DNA of 63,947 bases, filler included, from an uncultured bacterium (GTDB lineage: Bacteria > CAZSTA01), in the NCBI GenBank assembly GCA_964609495.1. It is 3 parts of 3 records of this genome, joined end to end, with 100 filler letters (N's around TTAATTAATTAA, not from the genome) between each part and the next. Parts side by side here need not be neighbours in the genome. Positions count along the whole stretch, not along the records: positions 28,451 to 56,534 come from CAZSTA010000025.1; 2 more parts are not named here. The stretch is one strand, 5' to 3'. A program made the position numbers and the translations under genes. The notes beneath the pieces were generated by a model that saw nothing but the letters and a program-made list of their open reading frames with translations, made no database searches and had not been told where the DNA came from. Within the stretch, counting starts at the first letter, position 1; every line of letters begins with the position of its first letter. This document shows, piece by piece, positions 40,677 through 49,165 of the stretch.

Positions 40677-41555
40677 TTAGTCCGCGGATAGCTGGGAAAT
40701 CCCTAATCTCTTCTCCAGAGTTTGACGCATAATAGAGAGTGGGGCTTCCCTTCCCGTCCAGATTTTTAAGGCTAACGCTCCTTGAAGAACAAGCATACCT
40801 AGTCCCTCCAAGGTTCTAGCCCCGTTCTCCTTAGCTTCTCTAAGAAGTTGAGTCTGACGGGGGTTATAGACTAAATCACATACTATGAGATCTTCATTAA
40901 GCCATTCAGTTTCTATAAGTCTCTTCACTGGGTAGGATATCATACCTACAGGAGTCGCATTTATTAATATATCAGCGCTCAATATCGCATCCTTCAGCTC
41001 AGATATGGATAAAGCTTCTGTCGAACAGCCCTTGATATTATCCTCGATATATCTCGCTAAATCCTTGGCCTTCTCCTCGGTCCTATTAGCGATAGCTACT
41101 TTACTTGCTCCCTCCAAAGCCGACTGAATTGCAACCGCCCGAGCTACCCCTCCTGCTCCCACAATTAGGATGCTCTTCCCTTCGGGAATGACACCTAGCT
41201 CTTCTTCAAGAGAGGAAATAAATCCCTTTCCATCCGTATTATATCCTACAAGCCTCTTGTCCACCCGTTTAATAGTGTTTACCGCTCCAATCAGCTCCGC
41301 TTCCTGACTTACCTCATCTAGATACGGGATTACCGTTTGTTTATGAGGAATAGTAATATTTACCCCTTCTATCCCCAAAGCAACTATAGATCTTACCGCC
41401 TCCTCTAGGTTATCGGGATGAACTAAGAAGGGGAGATATAAATAATTTAATTTTAGATGAGAGAAAGCCGCGTTATGCATGGCCGGCGATAAACTATGCT
41501 CTACAGGGTATCCGAAGACCCCGGTTAACTTAGTATTACTATTGATAGTTATCAT
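40677..41555 (-). CDS. aroE: Shikimate dehydrogenase
   Basis: HSLSP, NITIPHK, GAVNT, NTDG, GAGG, NRT, DLVYNP. Confidence 0.97.
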   Translation of the reverse strand: MITINSNTKLTGVFGYPVEHSLSPAMHNAAFSHLKLNYLYLPFLVHPDNLEEAVRSIVALGIEGVNITIPHKQTVIPYLDEVSQEAELIGAVNTIKRVDKRLVGYNTDGKGFISSLEEELGVIPEGKSILIVGAGGVARAVAIQSALEGASKVAIANRTEEKAKDLARYIEDNIKGCSTEALSISELKDAILSADILINATPVGMISYPVKRLIETEWLNEDLIVCDLVYNPRQTQLLREAKENGARTLEGLGMLVLQGALALKIWTGREAPLSIMRQTLEKRLGISQLSAD

Positions 41556-42192
41556 TATATTTCCTAGGCTCCAGAAGTAGTGCCTCCCTCTCCAGTAAAT
41601 CTAGGAAAGCTTCCACTATGTAAGGATCGAATTGGTTGCCAGCCCCCTGTCGAAGTTCATAGATTATATCCTCTCTATTCATAGCCTTTCGATATGGAGT
41701 GTCAAACGCCATCGCATCATAAGAGCTAGCGACAGCGATGATGCGTGCTCCCAAAGGTATATCTTCTCCTACGAGTCCATCTGGATAACCATACCCATCG
41801 TATCGCTCGTGATGGCTTCTAACCAACGGAACGAAGTTTCGCAAAAGCTCTATGGGAGCTAGGATCTTCTCTCCGATAACTGGATGTTCTTTGATTAATT
41901 TATACTCATCTCTGGTCAATTTAGCTGGTTTCCCCAGGATCAGCTCGCTTATTCCGATCTTGCCTATATCATGAAGAGAAGCCCCAATACGAACAGCTTC
42001 CACCTGCTCAGGAAGAAGCTCCATCTCCACGGCAATGCTCGCGGCATATTGGCTGGTGCGTTTACAGTGTTGAGCGGTGAGGTAGTCTTTTACCTCCATA
42101 GCGATGATGAAGGAATCCGCGATCTTCAAGCATAGGTTATGGAACTCCATATCACTGGCTATCTTGCTACCTATACTCTTTATCGTCTCCAT
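41539..42192 (-). CDS. Stand-alone HD-GYP domain protein
   Basis: LHDIGK, HHERYDG.GYP, ARIIAVA. Confidence 0.9.
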   Translation of the reverse strand: METIKSIGSKIASDMEFHNLCLKIADSFIIAMEVKDYLTAQHCKRTSQYAASIAVEMELLPEQVEAVRIGASLHDIGKIGISELILGKPAKLTRDEYKLIKEHPVIGEKILAPIELLRNFVPLVRSHHERYDGYGYPDGLVGEDIPLGARIIAVASSYDAMAFDTPYRKAMNREDIIYELRQGAGNQFDPYIVEAFLDLLEREALLLEPRKYNDNYQ

Positions 42193-42271
42193 TTTTAGCC
42201 TCCAAATCGCCTCTTGATGTCTTGTAAATTACTTCGCCAGTTCTCAATATTTCATCTATAATAGAATTTTA

Positions 42272-43018
42272 TCAGGTAATCTTACCTTCGGTGCCTAAAA
42301 ATCTCCCCATCTCCTCCAAAAATTTCTCCGCATTCTCGACATGTAAGGCGGCCTCCTCCTTGCTTATCTCAACAGATACCTCATAATCAGCTATCTGTCT
42401 GTATTTAAAGGCCTCTGTTAGCATCTTACTATACCTTCCGTCTATAAGGCCAGGCTTTACGAAGTGATGTCCGAAGTTCGATATGACTCCAGAATGCTTT
42501 GAAACCTCGATCTGTTTACTCAGTAGTATAGCCTTAGCCGCATAGAACATAGAATAGTAAGCCCTTGAAACTGCTCCGGCATATGACTCGTTCTCGAAGA
42601 GAAGATGAGCGTCTCTTATCGCTCCTTCGCTCCTCTCAAGATACATCTCAATCTCTTTTTCCCAATAGCTACTCCACAAATCGATCCCTTCCCTCTGAGT
42701 ATTCCTGATAAAGGAGGTATTTAGGTGACAATATTTCTCCTCGCTCATCACCAAGATAGAGTTCAAAGTTTGGAAGTCATATTTTTCTGATATCTCATAG
42801 TCTGTATCGTTTATTTCCCTTATCAACTGGGGATCAGCCTCATCTACTACAATGAGTAAATCTGTATCCGATTCCTCATCATAATCTCCTCTAGCTTTAG
42901 ACCCAAAGAGCCTAATGAGTTTTATTCTGCCCGGAAATCTCTTTAGTAAACTCTCCTTAAGCTCGTTTAATATGTTCTCTTCCAATTCTGGTAAAGCCCT
43001 TAGCTTCATAGAACTCAC
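42272..43018 (-). CDS. Fused minimal nucleotidyltransferase (MNT)-HEPN protein
   Basis: FGSKARGD...SDTDLL followed in frame by SRAYYSMFYA...KHSGVI...RQIADY. Confidence 0.85.
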   Translation of the reverse strand: MSSMKLRALPELEENILNELKESLLKRFPGRIKLIRLFGSKARGDYDEESDTDLLIVVDEADPQLIREINDTDYEISEKYDFQTLNSILVMSEEKYCHLNTSFIRNTQREGIDLWSSYWEKEIEMYLERSEGAIRDAHLLFENESYAGAVSRAYYSMFYAAKAILLSKQIEVSKHSGVISNFGHHFVKPGLIDGRYSKMLTEAFKYRQIADYEVSVEISKEEAALHVENAEKFLEEMGRFLGTEGKIT

Positions 43019-44010
43019 CTTGAGGCTACTCTCTCCCTATCTTTAGCCTCAGTTATCAAATTGCTCCACTTCCCGCATCTATCTCCCCAACGGGCGATAA
43101 CCTGACCCTCCATCCTTATCTCAACTACTTCGCACCTATTAGGACATCCGTCGCACTCGAAACTGGAGGCTCTATACTCCAGTTCAGCGGCTCTGAATCC
43201 TCTGAAGTCGGTCTCCTCTGAAGTGAGGAACATCTTCTCCTTAGCTAATATCGCCGCTCCGATCGCTCCCATAACGTCGAAATGAAGAGGAACAATTATT
43301 TCAGCCTCTAAAGTTTGCTCAAAAGCAGATCTGATGCCCTTATTCGCGGCTACGCCCCCTTGAAACACTATAGGAGGCTGAATCTCCTTACCCTTGGCTA
43401 CATTATTCAGGTAATTTCTAACTAAAGCCTCACACAGCCCCCTTATTATATCCTCTTTAGAGTGCCCCATCTGTTGCTTATGGATCATATCAGATTCGGC
43501 GAAAACTGTGCAACGACCAGCGATTCTCACGGAGGCTTTAGAACGCAAAGCCATATCTCCAAATTTCTCTATAGGAATACCTAATCTAGCCGCTTGATGA
43601 TCTAAAAAAGAGCCTGTGCCAGCCGCACAGACAGTATTCATAGCGAAGTCGATCGCTACTCCATATCTTAAGATTATTATCTTGGAATCCTGTCCCCCGA
43701 TCTCCAATACGGTTCTGACATCAGGGACGAAATGAGAGGAGGCCACGGCATGGGCGGTGATCTCGTTCTTTACCACATCAGCGCCGACTATCACTCCTGC
43801 TAAGTGTCTAGCGCTACCAGTAGTTCCGACTCCTCGAACAATTATATCGTCTGATATCCTCTTCCCCAGTTCTCCCAACCCATTTTGCACCGCTTGGATG
43901 GGTTGACCACCGGTGCGGATATATAAGGTCTCCAAGACGTTAACCTCATCATCTATCAGCGCCAAGTTGGTGCTTACAGACCCCACATCTACTCCCAGAT
44001 AAGTATTCAT
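43015..44010 (-). CDS. Acyl-CoA dehydratase activase (BcrAD/BadFG ASKHA ATPase, 4Fe-4S)
   Basis: GVDVGSVST, EIGGQDSK, CAAGTG, RCTVFAESD, C-terminal C..C.N.C. Confidence 0.92.
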   Translation of the reverse strand: MNTYLGVDVGSVSTNLALIDDEVNVLETLYIRTGGQPIQAVQNGLGELGKRISDDIIVRGVGTTGSARHLAGVIVGADVVKNEITAHAVASSHFVPDVRTVLEIGGQDSKIIILRYGVAIDFAMNTVCAAGTGSFLDHQAARLGIPIEKFGDMALRSKASVRIAGRCTVFAESDMIHKQQMGHSKEDIIRGLCEALVRNYLNNVAKGKEIQPPIVFQGGVAANKGIRSAFEQTLEAEIIVPLHFDVMGAIGAAILAKEKMFLTSEETDFRGFRAAELEYRASSFECDGCPNRCEVVEIRMEGQVIARWGDRCGKWSNLITEAKDRERVASR

Positions 44011-44031
44011 ATAAATCTCCAGCTTCTCCTT

Positions 44032-45018
44032 TCAGCTTCTTCTCACCAGCATATCCACAAAGGCTTCTAGGCGAGTCATAACTCCTGCATCTCCCGTATG
44101 CTCATCGATAATTAGCGACATACAGGGCATATTGCCCATTCGCTTAGCATCTCTTGTTATCAGCTCGCTCACCATCGAATCTGGACCACAGCCAAAAGAT
44201 TCTACCATAATGATCCCATCTACACTTCTAGTTTCCAAGAAGTGATAGGCCGCTCCTATCGTCTCCTTCCCAGAGGTCCAAAACATCGCTTGGGGAAGTT
44301 TATTTGCTTCCTCCTCGATCACCTCTGGAGATAACATCTCGGTCATTAGTACCTCAACCCCCATCTCCCTTAACTTCTTTACCAGATTCATAGTGATAAA
44401 AGAATCGTCTATCAAATAGGAATGACCAAGAAGAGCTATCTTCAATCGATTTGGTCTTCTCTCTCTTATAGTTTGGGGAATAGCTGATGATCCCTTCTCC
44501 ATAACCTTTATGGCCTCTAGAGGAGTCAAGCCAGTCCTGATTATATCTCGAAAGCGAAGATACTCCTTCCAAGCAGTTCGATAGCTCAGGAGTATCTTAA
44601 AGATATTGCCGGTAAATAATTTCCCAGCTTGCACGATCGGTTGGTAGAGAGCAAATATTCTATCGTGTAAATTGATATAACTATCGATTATAGGAGGTAA
44701 ATCGGAAAATGAACCCCTTATCATATCGGTTACTCCGATTATCTTGGGGCAGGTATAAGCTCCCTTCTCCACACTCTTCAGGCGGGGTAGGAATAAGAAA
44801 TCAACCTTGTCCGCTAACTCCAAAACATGGCCATGATAAGTCTTGACTGGCAGACAAGCCTCATCGACTGCCTTCTTCAAACCATTCTCCAATATCCTTT
44901 TATTAGTTACACCTGAGGTAACAACTTTAGCTCCTAACCCCTCGAAGAAAGTCTTCCACAGAGGATAGTATCTATAATAGAATAGGCCTTGGGGGATACC
45001 GACCTTCAACATAACCAC
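44032..45018 (-). CDS. DUF2229 / 2-hydroxyacyl-CoA dehydratase-related protein
   Basis: VGIPQGL, EACLPVK, CPK, FGCGPDS, DEHTGDAGVMTRLEAFVD. Confidence 0.85.
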   Translation of the reverse strand: MVMLKVGIPQGLFYYRYYPLWKTFFEGLGAKVVTSGVTNKRILENGLKKAVDEACLPVKTYHGHVLELADKVDFLFLPRLKSVEKGAYTCPKIIGVTDMIRGSFSDLPPIIDSYINLHDRIFALYQPIVQAGKLFTGNIFKILLSYRTAWKEYLRFRDIIRTGLTPLEAIKVMEKGSSAIPQTIRERRPNRLKIALLGHSYLIDDSFITMNLVKKLREMGVEVLMTEMLSPEVIEEEANKLPQAMFWTSGKETIGAAYHFLETRSVDGIIMVESFGCGPDSMVSELITRDAKRMGNMPCMSLIIDEHTGDAGVMTRLEAFVDMLVRRS

Positions 45019-45182
45019 ATCTCCTTTCGCTTTATATGAGAGTTAATTGGTTCACGATCTTTGGGATCGGTCAACCTCCCAGCCTCATAATCGCCCATTA
45101 TTACAACCTCCAGCTTATCTTTCTTTGAGAATCCCTGCTCTATACTTATCAGAATGGAAACTCTCAATAGCATTTGTAATCT

Positions 45183-45211
45183 ATTATACCACAGCTAGTT
45201 AATAGAGTCAA
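45183..45211 (-). promoter_or_regulatory. sigma70 promoter
   Basis: TTGACT-17 bp-TATAAT with extended -10 TG on minus strand. Confidence 0.7.
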
Positions 45212-45219
45212 GATCAGGT

Positions 45220-45262
45220 AAAAAAAGGTCAAACTAATGGATACTCTTCCAAAGTTTGACCT
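45220..45262 (-). terminator. Terminator of the tRNA-Phe/Thr operon
   Basis: AGGTCAAACT / AGTTTGACCT stem followed by a U-tract on minus strand. Confidence 0.7.
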
Positions 45263-45280
45263 CAATACTACTAACCCCTA

Positions 45281-45356
45281 TGGAGCCGACGACCAGACTC
45301 GAACTGGTGACCTGCTCATTACGAGTGAGCTGCTCTACCTGCTGAGCTACGTCGGC
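45281..45356 (-). tRNA. tRNA-Thr(CGT)
   Basis: GCCGACG acceptor, anticodon loop CTCGTAA, GTTCGAGT, CCA. Confidence 0.97.
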
Positions 45357-45387
45357 GGAGATAGGACCATGGAATACTTCTCATAAA

Positions 45388-45463
45388 TGGTGCCGAGGCC
45401 CAGAGTCGGACTGGGGACACGTGGATTTTCAGTCCACTGCTCTACCACCTGAGCTACCTCGGC
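45388..45463 (-). tRNA. tRNA-Phe(GAA)
   Basis: GCCGAGG acceptor, anticodon loop CTGAAAA, CCA; T-loop reads TCCGACT. Confidence 0.95.
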
Positions 45464-45498
45464 ACATCCACCATAGATATTTTATAAAAAACCGGCGT

Positions 45499-45532
45499 GA
45501 AAACCCCCACCCTTGTGGTAGGGGTGGTTGAC
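45499..45532 (-). mobile_element. IS200/IS605-family (IscB/HEARO-type) end-hairpin remnant
   Basis: Minus strand GTCAACCACCCCTACCACAAGGGTGGGGGTTTTC. Confidence 0.5.
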
Positions 45533-45554
45533 TGAGCCTTATCCTGTTGGCTTT

Positions 45555-45583
45555 ATTATAACATATATCTTCCTGAGAGTCAA
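45555..45583 (-). promoter_or_regulatory. sigma70 promoter of tRNA operon
   Basis: TTGACT-17 bp-TATAAT with extended -10 TG. Confidence 0.7.
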
Positions 45584-45644
45584 TAGGAAATTACAGGGGA
45601 AGCATAAAAAAATCGGGGACGATGTTATCTGTCATTGATTCGTT

Positions 45645-46889
45645 TCAAACCACCACTACTTTTCTCAGTATTTCGTGCTTAAGTACATTCCCAGCTATTG
45701 ATCTTGGCGAAACACCATTAATCGCTGCTCTCGCTGCGGCAGCCCCACTAGCTTCCCCAATTCCAGAGACCACAGGCATTATTCGTAATGAGGCATGAGC
45801 CTCATGGGTTGAACTAATACATCTGGAGCCTATTAAAAGATTATCCACACCTTTGGGGATAAGACATCGGTATGGTATTTCATAATAATCACCAGCGGGG
45901 ATATATTTAATAACGGTTCCAGTCCCGGCTGGATTATGAATATCAATAGGATAATTGCTTCTGGCAATACCATCGTCAAATTTCCGTGCGGAAAGGATAT
46001 CTTCTTCAGTAAGGATGTATTCGCCTATTACCCTTCGTGTTTCCCGCACCCCAATTTGACTAGCCATCTTAATCAGATAAGCATCCGCGAAACGAGGCGA
46101 GTTTCTCTTGAAAAGCTTGAATAATTCTAGGGTTTGTCTCCTCCCCTCAATTTCAGCCTCCGTAAGCTCAAAAACATCTATACCGCTCTTCCCTACGATT
46201 CTAGTCGTATTGAAATGGTAAACATCGGGAGCAAGGGTAGAAAAGACCAGGATATCCTCTCGAGGTTGTTCGACCTCCCCTGATGCTTTGGCTTTCAAAA
46301 GTATCTCGGTTAATTCTTCGGACAGCTCACGAGCTCCTGGGGCCCCCGAAATGCCACCAACGCGAAAACATAAGGTCATAGGCTGACACAGTCCATCTTC
46401 CGAACGACCAATCTCTATCTCTGCTCCTGCTCTCGCCGCAACATCACCATCACCCGTAGAATCGATGAATATTTTGGCTTCCAAGGATATTCTCCCAGAT
46501 TTCCCCTCTGTATGAATAGCGTCTATAGACCCTTTAGAACATTCAAGACCAACGAATATTGAATGGAAAAGAACATCTACCCCATTTTCCCCCATCATCC
46601 TGTCGAGAACAACTTTCATCACCTCATCATCAAAAGTATGTCGGTCTTGACAAAGCCCGCCTTCTTCCTCCAAGCGCTCAATCAATTCATTAAAGACTTC
46701 AGTTGTAAGGTTTTGATTCCCAAGCCTATAAGGCATAAACGGATTAACTAGTCCGGCGGTTGCCATACCTCCTAAAAACCCATATCTTTCCACAAGCAAA
46801 GTGGAGGCTCCACGTCTTGCCGCAGCGACCGCGGCTGATATTCCACCAGGTCCCCCACCGATGACAATAACGTCATATCTCTTTTCCAT
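45645..46889 (-). CDS. FAD-dependent oxidoreductase (FAD_oxidored family)
   Basis: GGGPGG, LGGMAT.G, IDSTGDGD, GVRETRR, IPYRCL, SLRIMP. Confidence 0.9.
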   Translation of the reverse strand: MEKRYDVIVIGGGPGGISAAVAAARRGASTLLVERYGFLGGMATAGLVNPFMPYRLGNQNLTTEVFNELIERLEEEGGLCQDRHTFDDEVMKVVLDRMMGENGVDVLFHSIFVGLECSKGSIDAIHTEGKSGRISLEAKIFIDSTGDGDVAARAGAEIEIGRSEDGLCQPMTLCFRVGGISGAPGARELSEELTEILLKAKASGEVEQPREDILVFSTLAPDVYHFNTTRIVGKSGIDVFELTEAEIEGRRQTLELFKLFKRNSPRFADAYLIKMASQIGVRETRRVIGEYILTEEDILSARKFDDGIARSNYPIDIHNPAGTGTVIKYIPAGDYYEIPYRCLIPKGVDNLLIGSRCISSTHEAHASLRIMPVVSGIGEASGAAAARAAINGVSPRSIAGNVLKHEILRKVVVV

Positions 46890-46914
46890 TATTATAATTT
46901 TCCCCCTTCATGAA

Positions 46915-47364
46915 TCAATTACCACTCGCTTTTTCATCTTCTCCCCCAAAAGTTTCCTCAATCCAACCTCTGATTTCATCCCTTACGCGCCTAAAAACGA
47001 TCAGCTTTTCATCATCCCTTCCCCTAAACTTAGAGGGATCCTCAAAATCTTTATGAAGATATTTCTTCCCTCCCGGAAAGAAAGGGCAAGTCTCTTTAGC
47101 ATAGTCACAGACCGTAACCACATAATCAATCTTCATCTTAAGAAATTCCTTCACGCTCTTTGAACGATGCGCTGAGATATCGATACCGATTTCGGCCATT
47201 GCCTTAATAGCGAAAGGGTTCACGCTCGAAGGTTCTATCCCAGCACTATACACCTCATAACAATCACCATAAAAAGCTCTCAGCAATCCTTCTGCCATCT
47301 GAGACCGAGATGAATTACGAGTACAAATAAATAAGACTCTTTTCTTTTCACTGACTTGTTTCAT
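46915..47364 (-). CDS. arsC: Arsenate reductase, thioredoxin-coupled (LMW-PTP fold)
   Basis: CTRNSSRSQMAEG P-loop, VTVCD....CP, DP, FRRVRDEI. Confidence 0.88.
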   Translation of the reverse strand: MKQVSEKKRVLFICTRNSSRSQMAEGLLRAFYGDCYEVYSAGIEPSSVNPFAIKAMAEIGIDISAHRSKSVKEFLKMKIDYVVTVCDYAKETCPFFPGGKKYLHKDFEDPSKFRGRDDEKLIVFRRVRDEIRGWIEETFGGEDEKASGN

Positions 47365-47385
47365 TCTATCATTCTTTGTAGTAGC

Positions 47386-47475
47386 TTATAACGTTCCTGC
47401 TGTTTAGAGAGTAACCGAATGTCATTTAGGTGGAGCGGAGCGAAGTTGCCAATGTCGTGCTATAGGAAGTTGGGA
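47386..47475 (-). mobile_element. Putative (degenerate) integron attC site
   Basis: Minus strand TCCCAAC-TTCCT...AGGAAC-GTTATAA, about 90 bp, directly after the SDR stop and before arsC. Confidence 0.45.
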
Positions 47476-47480
47476 CGTGC

Positions 47481-48362
47481 TTACACTGTATGCCCGCCGC
47501 CAACGTAGAGTAATTGTCCGGTGAGCCAGCGCGCCTGCTCCGAGGCCAAAAAGACGATCACGTCTGCCACATCTTCGGGCTGACCCAATCGCCCCAGCGG
47601 GATCGAGGGTAGCTCTTGTTCCTCCAACTCCGGCGAGATATAGCCAGTTTGGATTGGTCCTGGTGAGACGATGTTGACTGTGATCCCAAACTTCCCCAAT
47701 TCCTTGGCTGCACTACGGCTGAGAGATTCTAATGCGAATTTGCTAGCGCCATAGAATATTTCTCCGGGGAAACAATACGCCCCGTCAGTACTAACATTGA
47801 TGATCCGACCCCAACGCGCGCCACGCTCAACATATCGGCGCACATACTCAGCCATCATCAGAGCAGAAGCACGGCTGTTCACCGCGAAATGCCGATCGTG
47901 GCTCTCTGGTGTGATTAGGGTGGGGCGACTCCACCGCCCAGCCAGACGATCCTGATCTTCTATTCCCGGCGGGAGAAAGGTATCAGGCTCCCAATGCGCT
48001 GCATTGTTGACGAGAACGTCCACAGGGCCGAACGCTTCTTCGGCACGATCGAAGAGGCTTGGAATTGTGGCAGGATCGGCGAGGTCTGCTTCCCAAGTCT
48101 CAGCTTGTCCCCCGTGGTCGTGGATAGCTTGGACGACCTCGTCGGCGGACAAGGCTTGCCTAGCCCGATAGAACGCCATGCCATAGTTGCTTATCTTATC
48201 TGCTTCGATCTTTTTACCATTGAGGGTCTCCATTGGCAGACGGAGATAGTTAATGAACACCGCCGCACCCTCCGCAGCGAGGGCTTTAGCCGTGGCAGCG
48301 CCGATGCCATGGTTGGCGCCCGTCACCAGGGCGACCTTACCTTTCAATCCAGTATCAATCAT
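47481..48362 (-). CDS. Short-chain dehydrogenase/reductase (FabG-like)
   Basis: TGANHGIG, LVNNA, YGASK, NIVSPG, LTGQ; visibly GC-richer than neighbours. Confidence 0.93.
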   Translation of the reverse strand: MIDTGLKGKVALVTGANHGIGAATAKALAAEGAAVFINYLRLPMETLNGKKIEADKISNYGMAFYRARQALSADEVVQAIHDHGGQAETWEADLADPATIPSLFDRAEEAFGPVDVLVNNAAHWEPDTFLPPGIEDQDRLAGRWSRPTLITPESHDRHFAVNSRASALMMAEYVRRYVERGARWGRIINVSTDGAYCFPGEIFYGASKFALESLSRSAAKELGKFGITVNIVSPGPIQTGYISPELEEQELPSIPLGRLGQPEDVADVIVFLASEQARWLTGQLLYVGGGHTV

Positions 48363-48443
48363 AGCTTATGCTCCTTTTGTAAGAGAGTGAATCGCTACTT
48401 TGCCCACTACAAAACGATCATCGTCCTATTGCTTTCGAGACTA

Positions 48444-48472
48444 AGTATAGTGTAAATATGTGAAATTGTCAA
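48444..48472 (-). promoter_or_regulatory. sigma70 promoter upstream of SDR gene
   Basis: TTGACA-17 bp-TATACT. Confidence 0.65.
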
Positions 48473-48549
48473 GGGTTTTTGGGCAAATAAGACCCCTAGC
48501 CTTTTAGGCTAAGGGTCTTCAAGTCATATTCTATAAAGCAAATACAATA

Positions 48550-48933
48550 TTATTCCCTATAGGGTGGGATGTTGCTGGAACCTGCGCCTAATATGAACCG
48601 GATTATAGACATAAGACCGATCTTAATTCGGAAAGCATACATATTCCTTGCTGCTCTTCGCGGGAGTAAGCTATTATAGAATCTCGGGACAGCTTTTAAA
48701 ATCTTTCTGGCTATTTCCTCCAACGAATGTTCGATAATGACAAAGGGGATTAGGCAAGTCACCACGCCTATAGTTATTAACGCCTCGATATATCTTAACT
48801 TTATATACTCCCTGCTTTTTTGATCGGTTAAACAGGTGTGGATAAGGATGCCAAACACCAATATCTGACCAAAGAGGAAATAGGAGAAAAAAGTTAGAGA
48901 TAATATAAGTATAATGGATGGTAACGTATCCAT
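48550..48933 (-). CDS. Hypothetical membrane protein
   Basis: AAGGAG RBS before ATG; two hydrophobic segments; no recognised motif. Confidence 0.4.
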   Translation of the reverse strand: MDTLPSIILILSLTFFSYFLFGQILVFGILIHTCLTDQKSREYIKLRYIEALITIGVVTCLIPFVIIEHSLEEIARKILKAVPRFYNSLLPRRAARNMYAFRIKIGLMSIIRFILGAGSSNIPPYRE

Positions 48934-49165
48934 AGCCGAACTCCTTATCTTCGAGAATCGCTACTCGAAGAAAATAAAGCTTCATATTAATAAGTGCCCC
49001 TTTCCAATTTAGTTGATAAGGAAAATATATTCTAGGAGAGAGCTTAAAGTGTATCGTCTATAAGTCGGGCTATAACTAATTCTATTAACTTAACCATAGG
49101 ATTAAGGAGCACTACATTAATAATAGTCGCTATTTTAAATGACTATTATCCATAATATAAGGAGT

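Noticed and set aside
42226..42242. sigma54-like CTGGCGAAGTAATTTAC upstream of the HD-GYP gene (minus strand)
   Set aside because: The -12 GC dinucleotide is absent
48674..48985. Alternative 103-aa minus-strand ORF
   Set aside because: Overlaps 48550-48933 in another frame and has a weaker RBS; at most one is real
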